Counted from the first letter of the stretch, positions 20,153 to 30,657 are shown. The stretch: 64,000 nt of DNA from an uncultured Nitrospiraceae bacterium (GCA_963706325.1 CAVPLT010000007.1:858942-922941), one strand, 5' to 3'. Notes: generated by a model not told the origin, from the letters alone. Program-made: numbers and translations.

Positions 20153-22112
20153 CACATCCGATCCTGTATTTAGCCTCGTTTTTGACGCTATCGACATCGG
20201 TCTCGTTGTGATTGATGGCGACGGACGTGTCGTTGGCTGGAATGCTTGGATGGCTCGCATCTCCCGACAGCCGGCACAGCATATTATCGGTAAGTCTTTC
20301 TTCGAAATCTTCCCCGATGCACGCGGCACCCGTTTGCCCGGCGTTATCGAAGATGCATTTCAGGTCGGCAGCTCCAGCATTTTGACCCACAGCCTGAATG
20401 CGTTGCTGCCGCTGCAAGGCGAAAGCGGTGAGCCAATCCTTCACAATATCGTCGTGCGCCCCGTATCGTCAGAACATGCAAATTACTGTCTTCTGCAGAT
20501 TACGGACGTTACGGTGGCCGTCACGCGAGAGCGTGTATTGCGGGAACGTCAGAACGCGCGGTATCACGCGATCGTCGATTTGGCGCCGGATGCGATCATT
20601 ACGATCGACGACAACCGCGACATCCAATGGGTCAACGGCGCAGTGGATCATGTTCTGGGCTACGGACACTCAGAGTTGCTTGGGCAAAAACTGGACATTC
20701 TGCTCCAATCGGACAATCCGTTGTTCCCGGCGCTGGCGGAAAGCTCGGTCGATCGGAAGAGCGATGCCGCAATATCAGTCGTCGGCCGGTACAAGAATGG
20801 AAAATTTGGCCACTTCGAAATTTCGCTGGGTCACTGGCGGGCTGATCAGCGCGATTTCATTACGACGATCTGGCGCGACGTTACGGAACGCGTGGCCGCC
20901 GATGCCGCCTTGCGCGATGCACGGGATGCGTTGCAGAGGAGTAACGATGAACTCGAAAGCCGGGTAGAAGAGCGGACGCGCGAGCGGGAGATCGCGCTAA
21001 GACAACTGCACGAATCCCAGAAGATGGAGAGCATCGGGCAGTTGACGGGCGGGGTGGCGCACGACTTCAACAACTTGCTGGCCGTCATATTGGGCAGTCT
21101 GAGCCTGCTGAAAAAGACGGTTCCGGAAGAACCGCGGATATCCCGATTGCTGGATCGGGCCATCCAGGGCGCCGAGCGCGGTGCTACCTTGACCACGCGA
21201 CTGCTGGCGTTTGCACGGCGGCAGGAATTGAAAGTCGAATTTGTCGCCCTGCAAAGGTTGATCCCCGAAATGTTGGATTTCTTGCGGCATTCCGTCGGTC
21301 CTAACATCGAGATTTGCACGGAGATTTCGCCGGAGGTCGGTACGATTGAGGTAGATGCGAACCAGCTCGAACTGGCTCTGATCAATCTCGCAGTGAATGC
21401 CCGAGACGCGATGCCGCAGGGTGGCTCACTGACGATCGGTTGTCACAACCAGGAAAACGGGAAGAGCATCGGGCTATCGCGAGATCCGTTCGTTTGCATC
21501 ACCGTGACCGATACAGGTGAGGGCATGAGCGAAGCGACGCTGGCGCGCGCACAGGAGCCCTTCTTCACCACGAAAGGCGTGGGCAAAGGCACCGGCCTTG
21601 GTCTGTCGATGGTCCACGGATTTACGGCGCAGTCTGGCGGGACGATGCGTATCAGAAGCCAACTGAGCAAGGGGACGTCGGTGACGATTTGGCTGCCGCG
21701 TGCAAGGGAGGGCAGCAAGACAGTGAGCGTGGACATACCGCTTACGCAATCGAAAGAAGCGCGAAGCCTCCGCGTGTTGCTGGTCGATGACGATATCCTG
21801 GTGAGCATGGGGGCCGCTGACATGTTGCTAGATCTCGGTCATAGCGTGACCGAAGCTCAATCTGGACCACACGCGCTCAAACTGCTGGAAACCGATGCGC
21901 CGTTCGACATCGTGGTGACCGATTACGCCATGCCGGGGATGAATGGTTTCGAGTTCGCCCAGCGAGTTAAGGAGAGAAATCCAAAATTGCCCATTATCCT
22001 GGCAACGGGATACGCCGAATTGCCAGCCGACCGATCTATTGAATTTGGGCATTTATCCAAGCCCTATACGTCAAAGGACTTGGCAGAAGCGCTGGAGAAG
22101 GCGGTGATGTAG
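20142..22112 (+). CDS. PAS-PAS hybrid sensor histidine kinase with receiver
   Basis: Two PAS-like domains, GGVAHDFNNLL H-box, EPFFTTKGVGKGTGLGLS, TDYAMPGMNG receiver. Confidence 0.92.
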   Translation: MLGNTSDPVFSLVFDAIDIGLVVIDGDGRVVGWNAWMARISRQPAQHIIGKSFFEIFPDARGTRLPGVIEDAFQVGSSSILTHSLNALLPLQGESGEPILHNIVVRPVSSEHANYCLLQITDVTVAVTRERVLRERQNARYHAIVDLAPDAIITIDDNRDIQWVNGAVDHVLGYGHSELLGQKLDILLQSDNPLFPALAESSVDRKSDAAISVVGRYKNGKFGHFEISLGHWRADQRDFITTIWRDVTERVAADAALRDARDALQRSNDELESRVEERTREREIALRQLHESQKMESIGQLTGGVAHDFNNLLAVILGSLSLLKKTVPEEPRISRLLDRAIQGAERGATLTTRLLAFARRQELKVEFVALQRLIPEMLDFLRHSVGPNIEICTEISPEVGTIEVDANQLELALINLAVNARDAMPQGGSLTIGCHNQENGKSIGLSRDPFVCITVTDTGEGMSEATLARAQEPFFTTKGVGKGTGLGLSMVHGFTAQSGGTMRIRSQLSKGTSVTIWLPRAREGSKTVSVDIPLTQSKEARSLRVLLVDDDILVSMGAADMLLDLGHSVTEAQSGPHALKLLETDAPFDIVVTDYAMPGMNGFEFAQRVKERNPKLPIILATGYAELPADRSIEFGHLSKPYTSKDLAEALEKAVM

Positions 22113-22282
22113 TACCAAGGGCTCGTTCCGCTATGACGCGAAGGGCGGAAATTGCAGGACGCGTATTTCAGGTCAGCTTTGGCCCAACAGCCGCCGTTGC
22201 TGCTGCGATACCCCTAGGCTCCCCCAGCGACCACGAAGTAGATAAATTGCTCGGATGCTATTGAGCTGAGTTAGAGTGACCC

Positions 22283-22301
22283 GACCCCTGCGGAGGTTGA
22301 G
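22283..22301 (+). repeat. Direct repeat copy 2 (GACCCCTGCGGAGGTTGAG) right of the chemosensory cluster
   Basis: 17/19 identical to 8735-8753; arm-like GGCTCCCCC ends ~57 bp upstream at 22225. Confidence 0.55.
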
Positions 22302-22465
22302 CTCTGAGATAGCCCGGCGCAATGTCAGGGGCTGAAGCGGCATACATCCCGTTCGCTTGTCGACTCCTGCTTTTGACCACAACGGAAGTCGAGCAACAAC
22401 TCCCGGCAATTGCCGCGCGTTGGTTGAGATGCGCGCTGTGCGGGGCGGCAGTGACGACGCGACGT

Positions 22466-22975
22466 CTAAATTCTCCGGCTGTCGTAGGCCCAATGTAGCA
22501 GCGCCTGGCGCTGGCGCGGCCGGCAAGTCGGGTCGCCCGGTTCGCAATGCTTCCTGATTTGTGAGACGTGTCGACTGATGGCCTTCCAGCGCCCGATCTG
22601 TCGCGCGTCTTCCTCGGGCAAGCGCCGGCCCAGGTAGTATCGGCAATACCACTGGAACCAGCCGCGCGGATCGTCCGGTTGTATCCAGCCCTTTCTTCGC
22701 CATTCCGACAAGCGTTGGCTGGCGTCCACGCCGAAATAGTTCAGGGAGCAGTCCCGGCCAGAAGGCGAGAGCTTCGCCCGCGCGAACCAACTCGCGGGAA
22801 ACTCGTCACGACAATCGGTGAGGTATTTGCCGCAGAACACGCCGAGTTCGAGCATCAGCTTGGGTGTCAAATCGGGCCGGAATTGCGGGTCGAAATCGCG
22901 GCCGGCCGGCGCAGACAAGACGTAGCAATAGCCTCTCTGCATTTTGTCGCTGACGATGACGATGCGGCGGCGCAT
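22466..22975 (-). CDS. Uncharacterised Trp/Arg-rich protein
   Basis: RBS GGAGG; FRPDLTPKLMLELGVFCGKY, DPRGWFQWYCRYY, RQRQALLHWAYD; 11 bp after the tspO stop. Confidence 0.75.
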   Translation of the reverse strand: MRRRIVIVSDKMQRGYCYVLSAPAGRDFDPQFRPDLTPKLMLELGVFCGKYLTDCRDEFPASWFARAKLSPSGRDCSLNYFGVDASQRLSEWRRKGWIQPDDPRGWFQWYCRYYLGRRLPEEDARQIGRWKAISRHVSQIRKHCEPGDPTCRPRQRQALLHWAYDSRRI

Positions 22976-22986
22976 CCGGCCTCCAG

Positions 22987-23451
22987 TCAGTTCAACAGCC
23001 AGATCGCGCCGTTCAGAACCGAAGCGAACGCCACCCACGCGGCGTAGGGCGCGAACATCAGAGATGCAAGCTTATCCTGTCGCCAGGATATCATGATGAA
23101 GCCAATGATCGTGATCAGGAGCAGCACGATTACGCCAAGGGCGATATCGATGCGATGACCTGAGAAGAAGATGGGCGACCAAACGAAATTCAGAGCCAGC
23201 TGTCCCCACCATAGCTTCATCGGTGGGTTGTTGCGGCCCTCTCTCCAAACACGCCACCCAGCGATCGCGATGATGATATAAAGCGTGCTCCAAACCGGGG
23301 CAAAGATCCAGTTAGGCGGACTGAAAGGCGGCTTGCTTAGCGCCGCATACCATGCACCGGGGGCGGTAGCGAAACCGATGATAAGGCCGCCACCCAGAAC
23401 GAGCGCAACAAACAAGACTAAACTGCCGAGTTCGGCCGCGCGCATTTTCAT
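22987..23451 (-). CDS. tspO: TspO/MBR tryptophan-rich sensory protein
   Basis: WYAALSKPPFSPPNWIFAPVWSTLY, QLALNFVWSPIFF, PYAAWVAFASVLN. Confidence 0.95.
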   Translation of the reverse strand: MKMRAAELGSLVLFVALVLGGGLIIGFATAPGAWYAALSKPPFSPPNWIFAPVWSTLYIIIAIAGWRVWREGRNNPPMKLWWGQLALNFVWSPIFFSGHRIDIALGVIVLLLITIIGFIMISWRQDKLASLMFAPYAAWVAFASVLNGAIWLLN

Positions 23452-23616
23452 TGGGTCTTCGTCGCTGTTGTTCGGCAAAAGAATGTCAGTGGTCTCTTGT
23501 CTCGGATGAGCAGCAGCGATCGTATCTCCTGTGGGGGGTGCTTTGTCGAGAAGGCGCCGGTCCACTTTCGGGCAAAGCGGACCGGCGGTCGATCACTTGT
23601 GGGGATATATGGCCGA

Positions 23617-24120
23617 TCAGCTCTGGGGTGGCAGGATGACCTTGTCGATGACGTGAATGATTCCGTTCGAGGCCGGGGTATCAGCTTTCACGACGTTGGC
23701 GTCGTTGATCGTCACCTTGCCTCCTTTGGTCGTGACCTTCACCATTGCGCCGTTGACGGTCTTGGCTTGGTCCAGCTTAGTTACCTGCTCAGCTTTCACC
23801 GCACCCGGCACCACGTGGTAGGTGAGGATTGCCGTCAGCTTCGCTTTGTTCTCCGGCTTCAGCAGGTTCTCCACGGTGCCGGCCGGCAACTTGGCAAATG
23901 CCTCGTCCGTCGGTGCGAACACCGTGAATGGTCCGGGACCTTTCAGGGTAGCAACCAGATCGGCCGCCTTGAGCGCCGCCGCCAGCGTCTTGAACTGGCC
24001 GGCACCGACGGCAGTGTCGACAATGTCCTGATTGCTGGCGCGTGCGAAAGTGCTGCCGATCGCTAAACCTGCCACGGCCAGAACGACCACGGCCTTCGAC
24101 GCAATACCTACTCTGCTCAT
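23617..24120 (-). CDS. Secreted fasciclin (FAS1) domain protein, Nex18-like
   Basis: Signal peptide; [33 protein letters not shown]. Confidence 0.95.
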   Translation of the reverse strand: MSRVGIASKAVVVLAVAGLAIGSTFARASNQDIVDTAVGAGQFKTLAAALKAADLVATLKGPGPFTVFAPTDEAFAKLPAGTVENLLKPENKAKLTAILTYHVVPGAVKAEQVTKLDQAKTVNGAMVKVTTKGGKVTINDANVVKADTPASNGIIHVIDKVILPPQS

Positions 24121-24233
24121 CTTGTATCTCCTGTGACTTGACGCGTTTGACTATGGAGCCGGCTTGGCCGGCGTTCCGGTTTCGAGGACAGAGAAAGCTG
24201 TTTTGCCTCTCGCCCATTTGAATGATAGTAAAA

Positions 24234-24247
24234 CTGATTTTCATCAA
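24234..24247. promoter_or_regulatory. FNR/FixK-like box CTGAT-N4-ATCAA (or operator of the adjacent XRE regulator)
   Basis: One mismatch to TTGAT-N4-ATCAA, in the AT-rich divergent intergenic region. Confidence 0.4.
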
Positions 24248-24336
24248 GGGCACATTTACGTGATATGAAAAGTAGTTGTCTTGTAGAGAAAAATTCCCCG
24301 CTTATTTTGAACTGGGATAAATATGAGACCGGAACC

Positions 24337-24936
24337 ATGCTGTCGGAGACGCTGATCACAAGCCTTGAGGGCTATGCCATCGGCCCGAAGATCCGCCGGC
24401 TGCGGCTGCGCAAAAAACTGGGGCTGGTCCAGCTAAGCGAGCACACCGGTCTCTCGCCGGCGATGCTGTCGAAAATTGAACGCGGGAATCTGTTTCCGAC
24501 GCTGCCGACCTTGTTGCGAGTCGCTTTGGTGTTCGGCGTCGGGCTCGATCACTTTTTCAGGGAGGACAGCGACCGGCCGGTTCATGCCGTCGTGCGCAAG
24601 GCGGACCGCATTCGTCTTCCGGAGAAGGCGGGACGGACTTCGCCCGCTTACCGCTTCGAGTCGCTCGACTATCCCGTCAGGGACCGCAAGCTCAACGGCT
24701 ATTACGTTGAGTTTGGAGACGAAGACGAGCAGTCGGAGCCGCACGAGCATCCCGGCGCGGAGATCATCTACGTTTTAAGTGGCGAGCTCGTGGTGAACCT
24801 GGAGGGAGAGGACTTCACGCTCCGCCAGGGCGATTCGATGTATTTCGATTGCGCTCATCCGCACAATTACCGCCGTAAAGGGGCGTTGCCATGCGCGGCC
24901 ATTATCGTGGTGACGGCGGAATCAGCTTCAACGTGA
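24337..24936 (+). CDS. XRE-family HTH + cupin transcriptional regulator
   Basis: IRRLR...LSPAMLSKIERG..PTL; HEHPGAEIIYVLSG...GDSMYF..HPH. Confidence 0.92.
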   Translation: MLSETLITSLEGYAIGPKIRRLRLRKKLGLVQLSEHTGLSPAMLSKIERGNLFPTLPTLLRVALVFGVGLDHFFREDSDRPVHAVVRKADRIRLPEKAGRTSPAYRFESLDYPVRDRKLNGYYVEFGDEDEQSEPHEHPGAEIIYVLSGELVVNLEGEDFTLRQGDSMYFDCAHPHNYRRKGALPCAAIIVVTAESAST

Positions 24937-25521
24937 CCGGGATCGCGAGACAATCCCCAGAGGAACAGGAACCATCCCCGCTCAAGCTCGCAAACGGAGC
25001 TTGGGGCGACCTCATGAATGTCTGAAGCAGTTGAAACCGGCGATGGCTTCACAACGAGCTTCAAGTTCATAATTGGGTCGGGTGCCAAACCAATATAGAT
25101 GACCGAGCAAGATCGTCTCCGTCCGGCTGCGCTGCTGTCAACTTCTGTTTTCTACGCTCCAGTAGTTCCGCTTGTGAGCCGAAGCAGCCACGCACTCGCC
25201 CAATTAGTGCCGAGCGCTACCGTCGATAAGCGAACGCGAATTTGAACAGCTGCCGCCGGTCTTGGAAGATTGCTGGATATTTTGCGACGAGCGGCGTCAG
25301 ACGGCAGCGTGATCGCTGTCCGTGGCGGTCCCGCATACTTTGTTTACCAAACGCTGCAAATTGGTAGAAACCACGTCGCCTAACCTGGGCTCAAGAACTT
25401 TTACGCATGCTTTTCGAATGACAGCGGAAAGGCTGTTTCGCGACGGAATGTGATCTTCGTGCGCGGTCATTCCGCAAACGCTTATGCGGTATGGGGTTTT
25501 TTGCAGTTTAGCGGGGAGGAA

Positions 25522-26424
25522 ATGAAAGTGACGCAGCTCTACATTGTACGCCACTTGGTTACCGCTATTTGCAGTCTTGTCGGCGTAGCATTGCTGGCGA
25601 TCGGCGCGAATGCAGCGCTGGATCTGCGCACCTCGGGAGCCACAAAGGTGGTGTCTACCCAGGAAACGGTCAGCGCTACCCAGCTCGCGAGCATCATCGG
25701 CAATAGCAATTACCCGGACGCCGCCGAACCACTAAATCAACCTATCAACGACGCAAGCGGTCTAGCATATGCAATGCGCCGTCATGGATTCGATGTCGAT
25801 GTGGTGGAGGATGCCACCAAAGCAGATATGATTCGCGCGGTCGAACGGCTAAATTCCAGAATTAAGGCCGGATCTGTCGTGATGTTGTTTTTTGGCGGCT
25901 ATGGGGTGCAGTCTTGTCACGAAACCTACCCGATCCCCATCGATGCGGTAATCTGGAAGAAGGTGGATGTACGCCATGAGGGTATGTCCATCGAAACGGT
26001 GCTCCACGCAATCAAGGAGCGGGGCGCTCGCGCCACGCTGGCCGTCCTCGACGCCTCTCGACGCAATCCCTATGAACGCCGTTTCCGCACCTACTCTCAC
26101 GGTTGCGCCAGTCACCGCACCCAACAACTCGCTCATCATCTCGTCTAATACACCCGGCAAGGTCGCCGATGACACGAACGGCGAGCGCAGCGTGCTCGTT
26201 ACTGAGTTGTGCTCAACGAGCTCAATGCGCCCGCTAGCGCTGAAGGCATCTTCCACAAGACCCGTGTCGCCGTCTTTCGCGCCTCCAATGGTGCGCAGAC
26301 GCCGTCCGTGTCCTCCTCACTTTCAGAGGACGTGCACTTCAGCCCTAGCAGTGATCCCGATTTGACGACTTCGTCGCTCGCACCGACTTCCACCGAAAAC
26401 GCTCCTCTTGTAGCGCAGAAATAA
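25522..26424 (+). pseudogene. Caspase-like (peptidase C14) protein, catalytically degenerate, frameshifted
   Basis: IIGNSNYPDA..L..PINDA; FFGGYG in place of HG and LDASR in place of DACR; frame breaks near 26105 and 26212. Confidence 0.8.
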
Positions 26425-27067
26425 ATCCGACCTTGCAGAGAGCGATTAATTTCGCTCAGCTCTCGCGAGGTGTCGCTCCTGGCTAAGAAATAAGGTTGGA
26501 ATAGATCGTCCTGAAAACGAGCAAACGTCGGGCCGCGTCAGCTTAGCTTTGCGCACGCTCATCGTTTTTGAAGCCTTCGTAAAAGGCTCCGATCGGCTTT
26601 GAACTCGATTTCGTTGTTGCATGAGAATGCCACGACCTTCGCTCACACGTCCAGCTCCTGGCCCCCAATCCGGTGTGCTGCGAACTCCCAGGCAGGAGCT
26701 GCGGTCTCCGTGTCGGCCCTTGCTGGCTCCCCTACGGCTCCCCCGACCGTGCATGATCAATCAATGCAAGCAGCTTGAGGCGGATTGTTGCTTCGACCCT
26801 AACCTTCACAGGGTTGAGCTCTCTTAGCGAGACATGTTTGTTGTCCCGCCCGGAGGCAATGACGGCGATCCTGCGCCGAGGCTCTCCGCGCCTACATCGT
26901 CCCATTCCGGTCATGGCTCCTTCCTGTTAGGCAAACGTCCCAGTCGCATTCGGCCGCCAAGTGGTATTCCACTTTTGAAACCAAGGTTGCTGCTGCGACG
27001 TTATTCTTGGAAAATGTGGTATTCCTGCAAAACAGGAAGCGCTTTTGATCTCCGACTGGCAGCGGAA

Positions 27068-28618
27068 ATGTCCTCGTCCGATGGTACAAGTGAAACCAGT
27101 GACGCAGCCCGCCGACGGCGGAGAAGGAGCAACACCTTACTGCTGGTCTTGGCGGTTGGATTTCTTATTTTTGGCGCCGCAGCGGGCGCACTGTATTATG
27201 CGTTGCAGCCGGTAACTCTCCGGATTGCCGTCGGACCGCCGGGAAGCGACGATCACAAAGTGATTCAGGCGACGGCCGAGGCCTTCGCCAGCGAAAGCAG
27301 GACAGTCAGGCTGTCTCTGATCACGACCGACGGCGCGGTCGAAGCCCTCGCCCTGCTTGGTGCTGGCAAGGCCGATCTTGCGGTCGGTCGTGGCGATCTG
27401 GAGATGCCGGCCGACGCGCAGACCGTCGCCATCGTGCGTAAGAACTTCGTTGTGCTGTGGGCGCCTTCCGGACTTGCGGACAAGAGCTCCAAAAGAAAGC
27501 CCGCGCCGAAAATCCAGGAGATCGCCGATCTCGCAGGGCACAGGGTCGGCGTGATTGGCCTGACGCCAGCGAACGTCGCGTTGCTGCGGGTCATTCTGAG
27601 CGCCTCCGGCGTGGAGGCGGACAAGGTCGCGGAAACGCAATTTGGCACGGACCAAATCGAGGAGCTGGCGCGCGACCCGACTCTCGATGCATTCATGGCG
27701 GTCGGTCCGCTCGATAGCAAAATCACCTCCGACGCCATCGCCGCGACGGCCCGGTCGCGAGGCGAGCCGAAGTTTCTCGCGATCGAGGCATCGGAAGCCA
27801 TCGCCCTGAAGCACCCGCGTTATGAATCCGAGGAAATTCCACCCAGCATCTTCAATGCGAATCCGGCCTGGCCGGATGACAAGGTCGAGACCGTCAACGT
27901 CAGCCACCTGATCATGGCGCGAAAGGCTTTGTCTGAAACGACGGCTGCGGCATTTTTCCGGCAGCTATTCGCCGTCCGTCAGGCGATTGCCAGGCAAGTG
28001 CCTGGCGCTGCGCACATCACCAAGCCGGACACCGAGAAAGACGCCGAGCTGCCGGTGCATCGGGGAGCGGCAGCTGTCATCGATGGCACCGAACGCACCT
28101 TCCTCGACAGGTACGGCGATTACTTCTGGTTTTCGCTCCTTCTTCTCTCCGGGATCGGTTCGGCCGGCGCCTGGTTGCGTCACTATTTGAATCGGGATGA
28201 AAGGGGCGAAAACACCAGCCATCGCAACAGAATCCTGGCCATGGTTTCCAGCGCACGCACCGCGGAATCCAACCAGGAACTGCTGGCGATGCAGCGCGAG
28301 GTCGACGCCATCATAAGTGAAACGCTCGAATGTTACGATGACGGCGCCATCGAGGAAGAGGAACTGGCGGCCTTTGGTCTGGTGCTCGAACTGTTCAATC
28401 ACGCCATCGTCGAGAGGCGCGCGGCGTTGCAAGCGGAGCACACTCGAACCGGCTCGCGTGCGCGGCGGGCGGCCACAACCTCACGTCTCCACGATAACAT
28501 AGTCGTGCCAAAGTCATGGCTAATGGCGGAAGTTGGCTCTGACGGGGATGTGGGCGGAGGCGCTATTCCGATGGAGCTGAGACTCAGCTTCACCAAGATA
28601 CAGAGACGGCGCTGCTAG
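27068..28618 (+). CDS. TAXI-family TRAP solute-binding protein with C-terminal membrane extension
   Basis: TM anchor, LRIAVGPPGSDD, ADLAVGRGD, LPVHRGAAAVIDG..RTFLDRYGD. Confidence 0.85.
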   Translation: MSSSDGTSETSDAARRRRRRSNTLLLVLAVGFLIFGAAAGALYYALQPVTLRIAVGPPGSDDHKVIQATAEAFASESRTVRLSLITTDGAVEALALLGAGKADLAVGRGDLEMPADAQTVAIVRKNFVVLWAPSGLADKSSKRKPAPKIQEIADLAGHRVGVIGLTPANVALLRVILSASGVEADKVAETQFGTDQIEELARDPTLDAFMAVGPLDSKITSDAIAATARSRGEPKFLAIEASEAIALKHPRYESEEIPPSIFNANPAWPDDKVETVNVSHLIMARKALSETTAAAFFRQLFAVRQAIARQVPGAAHITKPDTEKDAELPVHRGAAAVIDGTERTFLDRYGDYFWFSLLLLSGIGSAGAWLRHYLNRDERGENTSHRNRILAMVSSARTAESNQELLAMQREVDAIISETLECYDDGAIEEEELAAFGLVLELFNHAIVERRAALQAEHTRTGSRARRAATTSRLHDNIVVPKSWLMAEVGSDGDVGGGAIPMELRLSFTKIQRRRC

Positions 28619-28810
28619 CAGCAGTGCACCACATGCGTGGAATCGGCCCGCTGGGAATGGCGCTAGCGACCCCTTCTGCCCGGACCCCTTCTCGTCACTG
28701 GCACGACTCACATGAATGTCGGTCAGCTGCTTGCATCCTTGAGAAATCTCAACCATCGTCACGTTATGAATAGTGACGTCAGTCCATCAGGCCTATCGCT
28801 CAAATCCACT

Positions 28811-29309
28811 TCAAGAGCCCAAAGCAGTTGATATTTCAGTAAGCGTCGCCTTTTCGGCGTCACTTACTTGAACGCCACCGATTCCGAACAGACCACCGCC
28901 CTCACTGGCCGCTTCAGCGGTGCTCTGACTGATCTGGCGAAGCCAAGCTTTAAACGCAGCTGCATCGTCTGGAGCTTTTGCATCGAGCAGCGCAGAAACC
29001 TGTCGTAACGCGTCGATGGCTTTGAGCTTGAGGTCTGATGGCTGACTAGCCGCAAACTTTGCTTTTGAGACCGTCTCGCGCGGCGCTACGTCCCTCGCTG
29101 CTAGAAAAATCGGTGACTACGGCCTTTACCAAAGCGTTTGTGTTGGCGCCGGTTATCGCCTGGGTGAGCGCAGTGCCTCCGGCGAACGATTCCTTGAGAA
29201 GCCCCCAAAGGCCGCTCGGATCAGCAGCCGTGACGGCCATCCCAGCTATCATCGGGCTCTCCAGCAGCAACGTCCATTCTTCCTTGGTGAAATTCGTCTT
29301 GTCAGCCAT
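28811..29309 (-). CDS. Conserved hypothetical protein (frameshift ~29055)
   Basis: MADKTNFTKEEW...ADPSGLWGLLKE; second frame continues ...AEAASEGGGLFGIGGVQVSDAEKATL to TGA. Confidence 0.7.
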
Positions 29310-29788
29310 TGCTTCCTCCGTATGCTAGGGAAGAGTAACTCCCGTGCCGTCAGGAAGTCCCGGTCTTTGATCAGCAAAGACATGACGCAACGCACAACAA
29401 CCCAACTGGTACGGCGGATCAGGGGATCCGCGACGGGCACCTCCGTTCTCCGGGCGATGCGATTGAGTGTCGAAGAAATTGGTTTGGAGGCTACTATAAG
29501 ACCAGGAGCCACCGCTTGATCAAAATAGGGCGCCACCTAGCGTAGTCAGCCTTCAGGAGGAGGGCGGTATGACTGGGAACCGTCCCGTTATAAAACAGTT
29601 TCCTTTCTAGTGTTCTGTATCGCCATAGGACATCCGCTTGAGATGAGCGGAGACCCGGTCGTAGTAACCGTAGCTGCGGCCGTAACCGCGATCATACCCG
29701 CGATCATAAGCGTCCCACCGGCATGCATCTTGACGGCAGCCGCTCAGGTGTTGAGCCGCCGGGCGCGGCGGGGCTGAACGTCTTGAAG

Positions 29789-30259
29789 TCATCGTCTTGT
29801 GAGTGCAGCCATTTCTGTCGACTGCTTCCCCAACATGTCGGCCCGCCTTTTTGTAAATTCTACAATCACGTCGACAAATTGGAATGGCGACCTGATCGTC
29901 GCAAGCTTCTGGCTGAAGTCCAAAGCAAATCGCATGTTGGCTTGTGTCATTTCCAGAAGCTTCGCTTGATAAGCCACCATGTTTCCCGTCGCTGAAGCAA
30001 AATCAAACCCTCGCATCTGGCTGGGGCCGACTTGCACCGGATTCGCAGCGATGGGAGCCTCTTGTTTCTCGACGTTGGGAGCTTCTTCTTTTGGATCGTC
30101 ATGAAGCTCAAGTGGCGACTCAATCGGCCCAGCGGCAACAGAGCGCAATAGATTGTCTCTCGCGCTTTTAACGACGGTCTGCTTCTTCCCATGGGCCCGC
30201 GTGGCTATGGCGGGGCTGCGGGCGCGCTTTGACGACTTGGCTGGTTTACGCTTACTCAT
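29789..30259 (-). CDS. Phasin-like protein
   Basis: Basic N-terminus; YQAKLLEMTQANMRFALDFSQKLATIRSP phasin-type helix. Confidence 0.7.
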   Translation of the reverse strand: MSKRKPAKSSKRARSPAIATRAHGKKQTVVKSARDNLLRSVAAGPIESPLELHDDPKEEAPNVEKQEAPIAANPVQVGPSQMRGFDFASATGNMVAYQAKLLEMTQANMRFALDFSQKLATIRSPFQFVDVIVEFTKRRADMLGKQSTEMAALTRR

Positions 30260-30657
30260 CTGAGGCTCCAAAGGTCGTAGATCTTTGAAAGACAACAGGC
30301 CTCGTGATCTAGCGTTCCAAACGCGAGATTATGGGAGCCGCAAGGAAAGCCTTTGCGCACGATGCGGGTTTTCCTCCAGCGGTTGGGGCACCTTTCGGCT
30401 GAAACCCTTAATGGCACCGCGGTTGGTGGTATTGGACGGTGGTTTGGTTGGCTTGGGGTCGAAGCTCTAACTAAGATCGGGCTTAAAGCCCGCAGGCATC
30501 GCGGGCAGCCGTCCGGATCAGTGGCATCGACCTTGTTGCAGGCCGGGCAAGGTGCGCCAGCGCCGCCGCAACCGCAGGCCCTTTCACCCAAGAACGGCCG
30601 ATCCAAATGGTTTTCGCAGACCCACCGCGTGTTGTCGCACCTCGGGCAGTACCGCAT
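30256..30657 (-). CDS. Small Cys-rich (zinc-finger-like) hypothetical protein; true 3' end uncertain
   Basis: CPRC..WVCENH..ACGCGGAGAPCPACN. Confidence 0.6.
   Translation of the reverse strand: MRYCPRCDNTRWVCENHLDRPFLGERACGCGGAGAPCPACNKVDATDPDGCPRCLRALSPILVRASTPSQPNHRPIPPTAVPLRVSAERCPNRWRKTRIVRKGFPCGSHNLAFGTLDHEACCLSKIYDLWSLR
30294..30318 (-). promoter_or_regulatory. EcfG-like promoter GGAAC-N16-TGTT
   Basis: 35 bp upstream of the phasin-like start. Confidence 0.5.

Noticed and set aside
10004..21823. Many 100-230 aa antisense or alternative-frame ORFs over the che genes
   Set aside because: Shadow ORFs expected in GC-rich DNA; no domain motifs.
29640..29725. YDRG/YGR repeat ORF
   Set aside because: Looks like the orphan tail of a small Gly/Tyr-rich protein with no supportable start.
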